Of a stretch of 34,588 bases of DNA, positions 8,565 through 18,073 are shown piece by piece (positions within the stretch are counted from its first letter, which is position 1; every line of letters begins with the position of its first letter). A program made the translations under genes and the position numbers. The notes beneath the pieces were generated by a model. The model was not told the DNA's origin. It did no database searches and worked only from the letters and a program-made list of their open reading frames with translations. Source of the stretch: Fidelibacterota bacterium UBA1611 (GTDB taxonomy: Bacteria; Fidelibacterota; Marinisomatia; Marinisomatales; UBA1611). The stretch is from NCBI GenBank assembly GCA_002321855.1, contig DCMX01000032.1:2078-36665 (forward strand), given 5' to 3'.

Positions 8565-10010
8565 ATGAATTCGATAGGGATTATTTTCGTTATTTACATC
8601 TTTTTCCTTTTGGGAGTAGGTGTTTGGGCATTCCGCCTTAACAAAACTCAGGAAGATTACCTTTTAGCGGGTCGCCGGCTCGGACCTTGGATTACTGCCT
8701 TTTCAGAGCGTGCATCAGGAGAATCTGCCTGGCTATTGCTGGCTCTCCCAGGGGCAGCAATCTCAGTTGGTCTGGGAGCATCCTGGGCCGTTCTTGGTAT
8801 TATTTTGGGAATAATATTTTCTTGGTTTTTGATTGCAGAACGACTTCGGATAGAAACAAAAAAATACAATACCTTGACCATTCCTGAATATTTGCATCGC
8901 CGGTTTCAGGACCACTCTAATATTATTAGACTTTTTTCTACACTGATAATTGCATTTTTTTCCACTTTTTATGTGTCTGCTCAGTTTCATGCTTCAGGTA
9001 AGGTATTGCATACTCTATTCAATATACCTCATCTCTATGGAATTACCTTAGGTGCTGCCGTGATCGTTATTTATACATTGATGGGTGGATTTTTGGCTGT
9101 TGCTTGGACTGATCTTCTCCAGGGCGTGCTAATGTTTGGTACCTTAATAATTCTCCCAGTGGTGGGTTTTATTGAGCTTCAAACAACGCAGCAGAGTTTA
9201 TGGGAGAACCTTTTACAGGCCGGGCCGACAAATGCATCCTTTACAATGGGGAGAGAAGGGATTGCTGCTTTAACAGTTGTCCTAAGTGGGTTGAGCTGGG
9301 GATTTGGGTATCTTGGGCAGCCTCATTTGGTAATTCGTTATATGGCCATAAGAGATCCAAATGATGTAAAACGAGCAAGGACTATTGCCATATTATGGGC
9401 AATACCTGGAATTACCGGTGCTTTCCTTATCGGTTTAGTAGCACTCAATTATTTTGGGTCTGATTACTTTAAAACCGTAGACGTAGAACAAGCTATGCCT
9501 TTGCTAGCTACCACACTTCTACACCCTTTCCTTGCCGGTCTCTTTATTTCAGGTGCCGTTGCAGCTATGATGTCAACAGCAGATTCACAATTACTTGTAT
9601 CCACATCGGCTATTACAGAAGATTTTATTCATCAGTTTCTGGGGAAAGAACTTTCAAATGAATCACTATTAAGACTCAGTCGAATCACGATTATCATTCT
9701 TGGACTTTTTGCTTTTGGGATTGCTATTATGTCCCAGGTCCAGGGAAAAAACATATTTGGAGTGGTAAGTTATGCATGGAGTGGACTTGGCTCAGCCTTC
9801 GGTCCGGTTCTTGTATTAACGTTATGGTGGGAAAAAACAACACGTCAGGGTGTAATAGCTGGTTTATTATCCGGGTTTTTTAGTACGGTTATATGGGTCA
9901 ATGTATCATCGCTCCAAAATATTGTTACTGAAAGATTAGCTAGTTTTGTTATTGCGTTTGCTGCAGTCATGATCGTTAGTATGTTCACGTTTCAGAAAAA
10001 TGGCAATTGA
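8565..10010 (+). CDS. putP: Sodium:solute symporter family transporter, PutP-like
   Basis: A polytopic membrane protein of about 480 aa. GRRLGPWITAFSERASGESAWLLLALPGAA resembles the PutP/SSS N-terminal signature. Substrate is not certain. Confidence 0.65.
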   Translation: MNSIGIIFVIYIFFLLGVGVWAFRLNKTQEDYLLAGRRLGPWITAFSERASGESAWLLLALPGAAISVGLGASWAVLGIILGIIFSWFLIAERLRIETKKYNTLTIPEYLHRRFQDHSNIIRLFSTLIIAFFSTFYVSAQFHASGKVLHTLFNIPHLYGITLGAAVIVIYTLMGGFLAVAWTDLLQGVLMFGTLIILPVVGFIELQTTQQSLWENLLQAGPTNASFTMGREGIAALTVVLSGLSWGFGYLGQPHLVIRYMAIRDPNDVKRARTIAILWAIPGITGAFLIGLVALNYFGSDYFKTVDVEQAMPLLATTLLHPFLAGLFISGAVAAMMSTADSQLLVSTSAITEDFIHQFLGKELSNESLLRLSRITIIILGLFAFGIAIMSQVQGKNIFGVVSYAWSGLGSAFGPVLVLTLWWEKTTRQGVIAGLLSGFFSTVIWVNVSSLQNIVTERLASFVIAFAAVMIVSMFTFQKNGN

Positions 10011-10980
10011 AATAAAAAAGGCCATACGCTCTGTTGATGGTGGACAAATAGCCCCAATTTATTATTTAAAAGGAAATGACCAATATCTTCAGTCATTATT
10101 TATTGAAAAGGTCAGCTCGACCCTTTTTGTTAATGGTCCTGTAGATAAAACCTTTTTGCTGCCTATTGAAATGTCCGGTAAAGAAATAGTTGATCGATTA
10201 TTATCCACGGATCTATTCAGCAGCAGGAAGTTGTTTATTCTTCGGGATCCACAACAAGTAAGGGGTAAATATGGGGAGGATCTTTTGGCGTACTGCCGAA
10301 CGCCAAATCAAAATCATATTCTAATAATAGTTAACAATGATCTCCTTGATTCTTCCGTGTTCTCAAAGTCCATTGAAAAGTTAATCGAGCCAATTAGTGT
10401 GCAAACACCTTTCGAACGGAACTTGAAAAGTTGGGCATTTTATTTCTTTAATGAACGAAAAAAATCTGTCCACCCAAGGGTTGTTGATATGATTATTGAA
10501 ATGACGGGTGACTCACTACACCATATGCAGAATGAAATTGAAAAGTTGTGTATTTGGTCGGGTGAAAGGAGTACCATCAATGATGATGATCTGGATCAAT
10601 TTTCTGGTTGGCGCCGGAACAGCCAACGTTGGGAATTCATTTCGGCTTTGGCGAATGGTAATCTGGACAAATCCGTGTCAATTGGGAAAACAATTATTAC
10701 CGAGAATGAAACTATGATATCACTTATATATCCGTTAACTGCTTTATATCAGGAGATGCTTTATGCTAAAATGAATTCTGGAACTTTTCCTCATTATAAA
10801 GGTTATATACCCATATCACGGTCAATAAGGCAGCGTATTCCTGAGTTTGCTAAGAAATTTAGTCGAAAAAAACTAGAATTCGCTCTAAAACAACTGGAGA
10901 GGATTGAAAAACGACAAAAAACAATATTTTGTGATGACGAATCAGAACTTATCAAATTTATCTACAATGTCCTTGGGTAA
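10000..10980 (+). CDS. holA: DNA polymerase III delta subunit
   Basis: Typical N-terminus (IKKAI....IAPIYYLKGNDQYL) and the size and helical C-terminal half typical of HolA. It overlaps the symporter stop by 11 nt. Confidence 0.75.
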   Translation: MAIEIKKAIRSVDGGQIAPIYYLKGNDQYLQSLFIEKVSSTLFVNGPVDKTFLLPIEMSGKEIVDRLLSTDLFSSRKLFILRDPQQVRGKYGEDLLAYCRTPNQNHILIIVNNDLLDSSVFSKSIEKLIEPISVQTPFERNLKSWAFYFFNERKKSVHPRVVDMIIEMTGDSLHHMQNEIEKLCIWSGERSTINDDDLDQFSGWRRNSQRWEFISALANGNLDKSVSIGKTIITENETMISLIYPLTALYQEMLYAKMNSGTFPHYKGYIPISRSIRQRIPEFAKKFSRKKLEFALKQLERIEKRQKTIFCDDESELIKFIYNVLG

Positions 10981-11572
10981 TTCAATTTCCCCATACGTAT
11001 ACACTGATGAACAACTCATTGCACTTTTTCAAAAGGGTGATGAAAAGGCTTATGTTGAATTGGTGAATCGTTATCGTGACAGGCTGATGAATTTTGTATT
11101 CCAGTATTTGGGTGATATGGAATTAGCTGAAGATATCGTTCAAGATACTATGCTAAAATTGTATCAAAAAAAGCATTATTATAAGCAAATCGCTAAGTTT
11201 TCGACTTGGATCTACACTATTGCAAAGAACTTAGCATTTACTGAATTGCGTCGAAAAAAAAGCCGTAAAATCACAGTACTAAGCCAAATGAACAGCAATG
11301 AAAAAGATTATGAAATACCTTCAGATCAACCTGAAACTGGACAGGAAATACAGAATGAATTTGCTCTGAAACTGATTCAGGCTGCAATCCAAGGCTTACC
11401 CGATCGTTTCAAAACAATTATTATTCTACGTGATATTGAAGAACTTTCTTATGAAGAGATAAGTTCTATTCTTGATGTGCCACTTGGAACCGTTAAGTCA
11501 AGAATAAATCGGGCACGGCTCCAGCTACAGGCAGAATTACAGGATTTGAAACAAAAGGAGGGAATTTATTGA
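10967..11572 (+). CDS. ECF-type RNA polymerase sigma-70 family factor
   Basis: Region 2: YRDRLMNFVFQYLGDMELAEDIVQDTMLKLY...FSTWIYTIAKNLAFTELRRKK. Region 4: LPDRFKTIIILRDIEELSYEEISSILDVPLGTVKSRINRARLQL. ATG at 10967 is preferred over 10904, which would overlap holA by 77 nt. Confidence 0.85.
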   Translation: MSLGNSISPYVYTDEQLIALFQKGDEKAYVELVNRYRDRLMNFVFQYLGDMELAEDIVQDTMLKLYQKKHYYKQIAKFSTWIYTIAKNLAFTELRRKKSRKITVLSQMNSNEKDYEIPSDQPETGQEIQNEFALKLIQAAIQGLPDRFKTIIILRDIEELSYEEISSILDVPLGTVKSRINRARLQLQAELQDLKQKEGIY

Positions 11573-12108
11573 TGGAACGTTATGAATTTGAGGATTTGAT
11601 ATCAGATTATTTGGAGAATTCACTTTCACTTAAAAAGCGTAAGGATTTTGAGTTGTACCTATTTGAGAATCCTGATTCTGCTGAAATAGTTGACCAGATG
11701 AAAAACACAATTATGCAAATGAAATCGGTAGAGAGAGTAACAACATCCGTTGATTTCATGGATAGACTTATGAATAAAGTTCAAGTGTCTAAGAATGATA
11801 CTAGGCAATATATCGCAGATCAGAGTACAATTTTTGGTTTTACACCATTGTACGCATCTGTAATGACCAGCTTAGTGTTAGCACTTGTTTTTGTGGGTTT
11901 CCAGCTTTTTTCTCCCGATTTACCATTATCAACATTGGAATCAAGTACAATGGCCCAAGAAAAACCACCTGCTTTCTTAGATCAGATCATACCAGCACAA
12001 GAACCAGATTCAGATTTAACTGCTGCAGAAAATGATTCTCTTTACAAAGATAAGATGGATAAAACAAATAAGGATTACTCTGGAAAAATTAGATTTGTAA
12101 AAGATTAA
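11569..12108 (+). CDS. Putative membrane anti-sigma factor (zinc-less anti-sigma domain)
   Basis: GGAGG at 11557-11561. Start is TTG at 11569 or ATG at 11572, overlapping the sigma stop TGA at 11570-11572. The N-terminal helix pattern LISDYLENSLSLKKRKDFELYLFENPDSAEIV matches the anti-sigma domain layout, but the H-x3-C-x2-C ligand positions are Y/N/S. One TM helix (LYASVMTSLVLALVFVGFQLF). Confidence 0.55.
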   Translation: MMERYEFEDLISDYLENSLSLKKRKDFELYLFENPDSAEIVDQMKNTIMQMKSVERVTTSVDFMDRLMNKVQVSKNDTRQYIADQSTIFGFTPLYASVMTSLVLALVFVGFQLFSPDLPLSTLESSTMAQEKPPAFLDQIIPAQEPDSDLTAAENDSLYKDKMDKTNKDYSGKIRFVKD

Positions 12109-12127
12109 TTTTCGGCTAAACCTGTTT

Positions 12128-12176
12128 AAATCCCCATTGAAACTTGTTAAGTTTATCGACGGGGATTTTTTCTTTT
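12128..12176 (+). terminator. Intrinsic-terminator or attenuator-like hairpin
   Basis: Outer stem AAATCCCC (12128-12135) pairs with GGGGATTT (12161-12168). Nested inner stem AAACTT (12140-12145) pairs with AAGTTT (12149-12154) around a GTT loop. A T-rich run TTTCTTTT follows, ending at 12176. Confidence 0.6.
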
Positions 12177-12187
12177 CCCGAATATGT

Positions 12188-13906
12188 ATGGATAATCAAT
12201 ACAGGTCAACGTTTATTTTTATAGGCTTTTGTCTTGCCGTATTACTTCTCATATTCTTACCTGATGCAGGATATACCGTTAATCTCATAATAAGAGGTTC
12301 CGCAATTATGGGGTTAGTATATGCGGTTTATTTTTACTATCATTATTTAGGTCTGGCAAGTGGACACGTTCATTATAGCGAACAAGATGATAGTAATAAA
12401 ATAGGTATTTTATCAGATGAAATTTTTACCCAGACCCATTATACCGCTCTTCAGGACATAATATTTTCAATGGTCAAATCCATGAATAATGCGTTTGAAT
12501 CAGGGATATATATAATAAACCCTAAAATCCAGAATTTTGAATTGCAAAAAAGTACTTCTTCAGAATTTTTAGAACAGATAGATATAAATAATACTATTGC
12601 TATTAAATGTATTAATCAAAAAACTACTGCAACATTTTACCAAAAGGATCACACTACACCATGGCAGGAAATATTCGCAGGTCAAACCTGGCGTGGCAGT
12701 GAATGTGTTGTGGGTCAAGCAATAAGATTCAAAGATAAATCAGTCGGTTTTATCTTGGTCAGATCAGAGCATTTCAGTGATATTGATCCAAACGATTTAA
12801 TGCTTTTCGAATATTTGGGGGATATTGTTTCGCTATTCATGGAAGAACTGAATAGTTTAGAGGAATCCATTGATAATAATCAAAATAAATCACGATTACT
12901 TGATTTGATCTCTGAATTAAACTTTAAACAAGATGAGCCTGCCGTGCTAAATACTTTTCGGAATTTGATTCGATCTTTTATTGATTATGATTGCTTGACA
13001 ATATCATCCCTAAATGAAAATCACATGCAAGCAAATATTAAACTGGCTGATGGAATACAAGCACATCTCCCTTCAGAAAACTCATTCAATATTCATGGTA
13101 CTATTCATGGACTCCCTTATAACGAGAAGAAAACTATTAATGTAATGAATTGGAGCAAAAGATATTCAAATCTATCTCGTTTCAAGGCTGGTGATACGGA
13201 CGAGTATAGATCCGATTCCGTTCTTGGAGTACCAATATTAATCGAAAAGGATATCTGGGGTTGCATCATAATTGAACGTTCACGATCTGTCCGTTTCTCA
13301 AAGGATGATGAAACACTTCTTATCCTGATCGCGCGTATCTTGGGAGCAGCCATCTTCTGGGTCAATGAATATCAGAAAATTTACCAGAATGCTATTCGTG
13401 ATGGTTTGACAGGTCTTTTAAATCATAAGACATTTATGGAACGTGCCTCAGACGAAATTCAGCGTGCACGTCGATTTCAACACGATCTTGTCTTTCTAAT
13501 GTATGATTTAGATAAGTTCAAACGAGTAAATGATACGCTCGGACATCCTTATGGGGATTATGTTATTGAGACCACCGCGCAAATTATGAAAGATAATGTT
13601 CGCACCATTGATGTTGTGGCGCGTTATGGTGGTGAAGAGTTTGCGATTGTTTTGGTTAACACAACCCAAGAGATGGCCATGGTAGTGGCACAACGTATAG
13701 TCGATAATATAGCAAACCATGAATTCTCTATGGATGGTACTGATATAAATATGACCATTAGTTCAGGTCTATGTGAATATCCGAAGGATTCAGAAGAGCT
13801 ATCTGATCTTATCTCATTTGCTGATATTAGTTTATATTCAACGAAAAAAAGAGGTGGCAATGGTGTGACCATTTATCAAGATGAGGAAGAAACATTAGGG
13901 ACCTAA
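12188..13906 (+). CDS. Membrane-anchored GAF-domain diguanylate cyclase (GGDEF)
   Basis: TM helices STFIFIGFCLAVLLLIFL and AIMGLVYAVYFYYHYLGL, then two GAF-like segments. GGDEF domain: GLTGLLNHKTFMERA...DLDKFKRVNDTLGHPYGD...RYGGEEFAIVL. An RxxD I-site (RTID) sits 5 residues before GGEEF. ATG at 12188 is preferred because the track start at 12137 lies inside the hairpin. Confidence 0.85.
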   Translation: MDNQYRSTFIFIGFCLAVLLLIFLPDAGYTVNLIIRGSAIMGLVYAVYFYYHYLGLASGHVHYSEQDDSNKIGILSDEIFTQTHYTALQDIIFSMVKSMNNAFESGIYIINPKIQNFELQKSTSSEFLEQIDINNTIAIKCINQKTTATFYQKDHTTPWQEIFAGQTWRGSECVVGQAIRFKDKSVGFILVRSEHFSDIDPNDLMLFEYLGDIVSLFMEELNSLEESIDNNQNKSRLLDLISELNFKQDEPAVLNTFRNLIRSFIDYDCLTISSLNENHMQANIKLADGIQAHLPSENSFNIHGTIHGLPYNEKKTINVMNWSKRYSNLSRFKAGDTDEYRSDSVLGVPILIEKDIWGCIIIERSRSVRFSKDDETLLILIARILGAAIFWVNEYQKIYQNAIRDGLTGLLNHKTFMERASDEIQRARRFQHDLVFLMYDLDKFKRVNDTLGHPYGDYVIETTAQIMKDNVRTIDVVARYGGEEFAIVLVNTTQEMAMVVAQRIVDNIANHEFSMDGTDINMTISSGLCEYPKDSEELSDLISFADISLYSTKKRGGNGVTIYQDEEETLGT

Positions 13907-13932
13907 CAGAATAGTTGATTTAAAAGACCATC

Positions 13933-15486
13933 ATGAACAAGTATTTTTTTCTAATAGTTTTCTTTGCTTTGAATATTTCTACTATCAAAGCCGAGAAAGA
14001 TCGTAATAACCGCAATGAAATAGCATTACACCATTTCATGCAGGGTGAATTTTTATTAAATCAAGGGAATTTCGCTTTAGCTGTGATAGAATTTCAGGAT
14101 GCTTTAGAAGCTGATCCCAATGCATCAACAATTCATGTATCCATTGCAGACGCTTATCGACGTCTTGGAAAATTCAAGCGTGCAGAAGATCACTTACATA
14201 TTGCCATAGAACTCGATCCTGATGAAAAAGATGCACGGCAGAGGCTAGGGCAACTCTATATTTCTAATAAGCGGTACCAGGAAGCAGAAATGAAATTTCT
14301 TGAACTTAACCGACTTGACCCATATAATAGTGAATATTTAGTTATTCTCGGTGACTTAGCTAAACTGCAATACAAGTGGAATGATGCTATTGACCATTAT
14401 TTGTCTGCTTTTGATATAAACCCAAATGTTATTGAGCCTGTTGAGCAAGCCCTTCAGATCTCATTGAATGCTGAATTATTTTATCGAGCGGAGGAAATTT
14501 GTAACATTTTGTTGGAAGATAATCCTCGTAATGAAAAATATTGGGAGACATATAGGGATTTAACCCTTTTTAATAAACACTATGAAAAATCCCTGAAGGC
14601 TATTGAAATGTTGGAATCTTTAAAAGGTGTTTCAATTAAATCCCTTTTGCAGAAAAGTGCGATTCAACAGGAGTTTAATAATGTAAGTGATGCATTATTA
14701 TTTTTACATGTTGCTTTTGAAAAGGACAGTGTGAATTCAGATATACTTCAGCGTCTGATCTCGATTTATATCGAAAACGAAAATTTTAATGAAGCCTTAA
14801 TATATAATGAAAAATTTATTCGTCATTTTCCAAATGATTCTCGTGGATTTGTAAATAAAGCAATCTTATCACTCAATAGAAACAGCCCTGAAGAAGCAGT
14901 TTTAGCTCTATCATCGCATATTGAAAAATTCCAAAATGATTATTCAGCGCAATTTTTATTGGGGACAGCATTTTATCAATTGAAAGATTATTTCAATGCA
15001 GAAATTCACCTGATAAAGGCCTTGAAAATATTTCCTGAATCTCGAAATACAAAACATACACTTGCACTGATCTTTGATAATAATGGAGATTGGATACGAT
15101 CAGATAGCTTGTATATGAGCTTGATTTCAACAGATAGTACTGATGCTCAAGCTTATAACAATTTTGCTTTTAGCCTTGTTGAGCGAAATGACAACCTGGA
15201 ACTAGCTCTGGAAATGGCTTTGATATCTAATCGCTTACAACCTAAATCTGCTCCATATTTGGATACCCTAGGTTGGATCTACTTTAAGTTGCAGCAACTC
15301 GAAAAAGCTTTGGAGTATATTAAGGAATCATCGGAAATAGATAATAACAATCCCGTAATTCTTGAGCATTTGGCAGATGTATTAAAAGCAACGAATCAAA
15401 TTCAAAAGGCAAATTTGATATACCAGCAAGCCATAGAGATAGGCGGTGATAGTCTATCAATCCAGAAAAAACTTCGTTCTGATTGA
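13933..15486 (+). CDS. Secreted tetratricopeptide-repeat protein
   Basis: Signal peptide MNKYFFLIVFFALNISTIKA/E. Repeated 34-aa TPR units follow (ALHHFMQGEFLLNQGNFALAVIEFQDALEADPN, IHVSIADAYRRLGKFKRAEDHLHIAIELDPD, and others) through to the C-terminus. Confidence 0.85.
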   Translation: MNKYFFLIVFFALNISTIKAEKDRNNRNEIALHHFMQGEFLLNQGNFALAVIEFQDALEADPNASTIHVSIADAYRRLGKFKRAEDHLHIAIELDPDEKDARQRLGQLYISNKRYQEAEMKFLELNRLDPYNSEYLVILGDLAKLQYKWNDAIDHYLSAFDINPNVIEPVEQALQISLNAELFYRAEEICNILLEDNPRNEKYWETYRDLTLFNKHYEKSLKAIEMLESLKGVSIKSLLQKSAIQQEFNNVSDALLFLHVAFEKDSVNSDILQRLISIYIENENFNEALIYNEKFIRHFPNDSRGFVNKAILSLNRNSPEEAVLALSSHIEKFQNDYSAQFLLGTAFYQLKDYFNAEIHLIKALKIFPESRNTKHTLALIFDNNGDWIRSDSLYMSLISTDSTDAQAYNNFAFSLVERNDNLELALEMALISNRLQPKSAPYLDTLGWIYFKLQQLEKALEYIKESSEIDNNNPVILEHLADVLKATNQIQKANLIYQQAIEIGGDSLSIQKKLRSD

Positions 15487-16097
15487 TAGTGAATAAAATA
15501 TTGTTCCTATTTTTGTTTGTAGCATGTGCTCATCCACCATATAAACCAGTTCCTGATTCTGATGACGTTTCTTCATATTTAGTATTGAAAAGAACCTATA
15601 TTTCTTGTGGTGGGTATGGGAATATCTCTACGATTGGAGAAAATTTCAGCGGAAAATTATCTTTTAGTTTTTTATCACAAAATGATAGTTCTTTTTTCCA
15701 ATTCAAAGATCCATTGGGTAGGAAAATGTTATTAATGTGGATCACTCCAGAAGCGATTATTGCATGGAATATATTTGAGAATAAATACTATGAGTATGAT
15801 GCGATAAGAGATTATTTCCCCTTTTTGCAAGTGGTAAAACCTGATGATATCACAAAGTTCTTGTGGGGAACCGAGCCGGAATACTTAGAACAAGACTTCA
15901 CAGTGCTAAAAGAAAATTTGGGTACTATATCTATTATATTTGAAAGTCCCGCTGGGGATAACACACTAAAAGGAGTTACCACGGCAACCTTTATAGATTC
16001 AGCCAATAATCAAAAGATCATCATTCGTTTAAGCTCTAGGAAGCATAATGAAACACCGATCGATCTAACTAAAGCTTGGGAATTAATGCATAGTTAG
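15483..16097 (+). CDS. Lipoprotein, LolB-like (DUF4292-type)
   Basis: Start is TTG at 15483 or GTG at 15489, overlapping the TPR stop. Lipoprotein signal (M)NKILFLFLFVAC. GKLSFSFLSQNDSSFFQFKDPLGRKMLLMWITPE resembles the LolB/DUF4292 core (G.l.......l.l.l..PlG). Family assignment is tentative. Confidence 0.5.
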   Translation: MIVNKILFLFLFVACAHPPYKPVPDSDDVSSYLVLKRTYISCGGYGNISTIGENFSGKLSFSFLSQNDSSFFQFKDPLGRKMLLMWITPEAIIAWNIFENKYYEYDAIRDYFPFLQVVKPDDITKFLWGTEPEYLEQDFTVLKENLGTISIIFESPAGDNTLKGVTTATFIDSANNQKIIIRLSSRKHNETPIDLTKAWELMHS

Positions 16098-16102
16098 ATA
16101 TT

Positions 16103-17029
16103 ATGTTATCTATTGTTATACCTGTATTTAATGAACGTAAATCTCTTCCGCATTTATGGAAAGAAATCAATCATGTATTATCCGATGCATCAGAATGGGA
16201 AATAATATTCATTGATGATGGTTCTTCTGATGGTACAACAGAATACCTAGTTGATCTATGTAAAAATAACTCTGTAGCCAAACTTGTTCAATTTTACCGC
16301 AATTTTGGTAAATCAGCTGCTTTGTCGGAAGGGTTTAACCATGCTCAAGGCGATATAATCATTACAATGGATGGAGATCTGCAGGATGATCCAGAAGAAA
16401 TTCCACACCTGATCAAGAAATTAGAAGACGGTTATGATCTGGTCTCAGGATGGAAAAAGACGCGGCATGACCCTTGGACCAAAACATTTCCTTCCAAAAT
16501 ATTTAATATTGTTACCCGATTATTAACGGGTGTTAAGATCCATGATTTTAACTGTGGGCTAAAATGTTATCGACAAGCAGTAGTAAAATCTTTAGAGATC
16601 TTTGGCGGACGTCATCGCTATATCCCTGCATTAGCTGGCCAGAAAAATTTTAGGGTTGGTGAGATCGTAATTAATCATCGACCACGGAAATACGGTAAAA
16701 CAAAGTATGGAGGGTTACGCCTTTTTCATGGGTTTTTTGACCTAATGACCATATTATTCCTTAATCGTTACACTCAACAACCATTACACCTTTTCGGTAT
16801 TTTTGGGTTAATCGCATTTATCTTTGGCCTGGTATCTGAATTTGTTGTACTATATTACAAGTTTCGCATAGGAGACCCATTCTCTAAACATATTGCCTTG
16901 CTCATTTTTGGTGTGATGCTTATGGTGATCGGTATTCAGTTTTTTTCTATTGGTCTTTTAGGTGAAATGATGGCCCGGACTGGTCAAGGGCAGGAAAACA
17001 GGATCAAGGAAATAATATCATCCAGTTAA
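16103..17029 (+). CDS. GT2 polyprenyl-phosphate glycosyltransferase (GtrB/ArnC/DPM1-like)
   Basis: MLSIVIPVFNE, FIDDGSSDGT and the DGDLQDDPEEIP (DxD) motifs. It carries the characteristic pair of C-terminal TM helices (LHLFGIFGLIAFIFGLVSEFVVLYY, IALLIFGVMLMVIGIQFFSIGLLGEMM). Confidence 0.85.
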   Translation: MLSIVIPVFNERKSLPHLWKEINHVLSDASEWEIIFIDDGSSDGTTEYLVDLCKNNSVAKLVQFYRNFGKSAALSEGFNHAQGDIIITMDGDLQDDPEEIPHLIKKLEDGYDLVSGWKKTRHDPWTKTFPSKIFNIVTRLLTGVKIHDFNCGLKCYRQAVVKSLEIFGGRHRYIPALAGQKNFRVGEIVINHRPRKYGKTKYGGLRLFHGFFDLMTILFLNRYTQQPLHLFGIFGLIAFIFGLVSEFVVLYYKFRIGDPFSKHIALLIFGVMLMVIGIQFFSIGLLGEMMARTGQGQENRIKEIISSS

Positions 17030-17041
17030 TCATCGTGATAT

Positions 17042-18073
17042 ATGATAACATCTACACCGATCATAAGTGTTATAACGCCCACTTATAACCGAGCGGATGA
17101 ACTAGGTCCGCTGATTCATTCACTACAAAATCAAACACTGGATCACTCCCTTTTTGAACTGATCATCTCAGATGATGGGTCAACAGATGACACGGCATCT
17201 GTTATAGATTCTTGGCGGAAAAAGATCAACTTTGAACTGCGCTATTTAACACAGGGTAACCAAGGTCCTGGCGCGGCAAGGAATCATGGCTTATCTAAGA
17301 GTAGAGGAGAGTTGATATTGTTTATTGATTCTGATTGTGAGGCTCATAGATCATGGGCAGAAACGATCTTAAATGCTTATCAACGTGGTGAGTTTGATGC
17401 CTGCGGGGGACCAGATAATGCTAAAAGTGATTTTACACTGCTTCAGAAAGCAATTGATTTTTCACTGACATCCTTTCTAACAACTGGCGGTATGCGGGGA
17501 CATAGTGATAAAATGATTGCCAAGTTCTATCCCCGCTCGCATAATATGGCCTTGAAAAGATCTGTGTATGAAAAGATTGGTGGTTTTGGTTCACTCCGCC
17601 ATGGTCAGGATATTGAACTAAGCTACCGGATTCATAAAAGTGGAGCACGAGTGAAATTCATAAAACATGCCATTGTTTACCATCGCAGGCGGACAACACT
17701 AAAAAAATTCTTTCGCCAGGTATTCAATTGGGGAGTGGCGAGAATTAATTTGGGGAAGATCGATAGTGTAATGCTTGAACCTATCCATTTTATTCCATCT
17801 ATCGCGACTCTCATCTCAATTATGATAATTGCAGGTACATTTTTTAATGGTCAGATATATTTTACGGTTATATCTATTGGGATCGGATTGTTGCTATTAG
17901 CCTGTGTGGTTGGCGGAATAAAAAACAAAAGCATACTTGTCACTTTAATTTTGATCATTGTAATCCCTTTACAGGTTATTGGATATGGATTGGGGTTCTT
18001 AATTGCATTTTTTAGCAGATTTATTCTTAATAGAGGCGAGTTCCCAGGTTTCACAAAAAGATATTACCAATAG
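17042..18073 (+). CDS. Glycosyltransferase family 2 with C-terminal membrane helices
   Basis: ISVITPTYNRADEL, SDDGSTDDT and FIDSDC motifs. Hydrophobic C-terminal third (IPSIATLISIMIIAGTFF, ISIGIGLLLLACVVGG, LVTLILIIVIPLQVIGYGLGFLIAFF). Confidence 0.8.
   Translation: MITSTPIISVITPTYNRADELGPLIHSLQNQTLDHSLFELIISDDGSTDDTASVIDSWRKKINFELRYLTQGNQGPGAARNHGLSKSRGELILFIDSDCEAHRSWAETILNAYQRGEFDACGGPDNAKSDFTLLQKAIDFSLTSFLTTGGMRGHSDKMIAKFYPRSHNMALKRSVYEKIGGFGSLRHGQDIELSYRIHKSGARVKFIKHAIVYHRRRTTLKKFFRQVFNWGVARINLGKIDSVMLEPIHFIPSIATLISIMIIAGTFFNGQIYFTVISIGIGLLLLACVVGGIKNKSILVTLILIIVIPLQVIGYGLGFLIAFFSRFILNRGEFPGFTKRYYQ

Noticed and set aside
10904-10966. Extended N-termini suggested by the ORF track: sigma factor from 10904, uppP from 7782, the orphan gene from 3128 and the cyclase from 12137.
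   Set aside because: Each extension either overlaps the upstream gene heavily, encodes residues ahead of a canonical N-terminus or signal peptide, or lies within the terminator hairpin. The internal ATG starts at 10967, 7803, 3161 and 12188 give family-typical N-termini.
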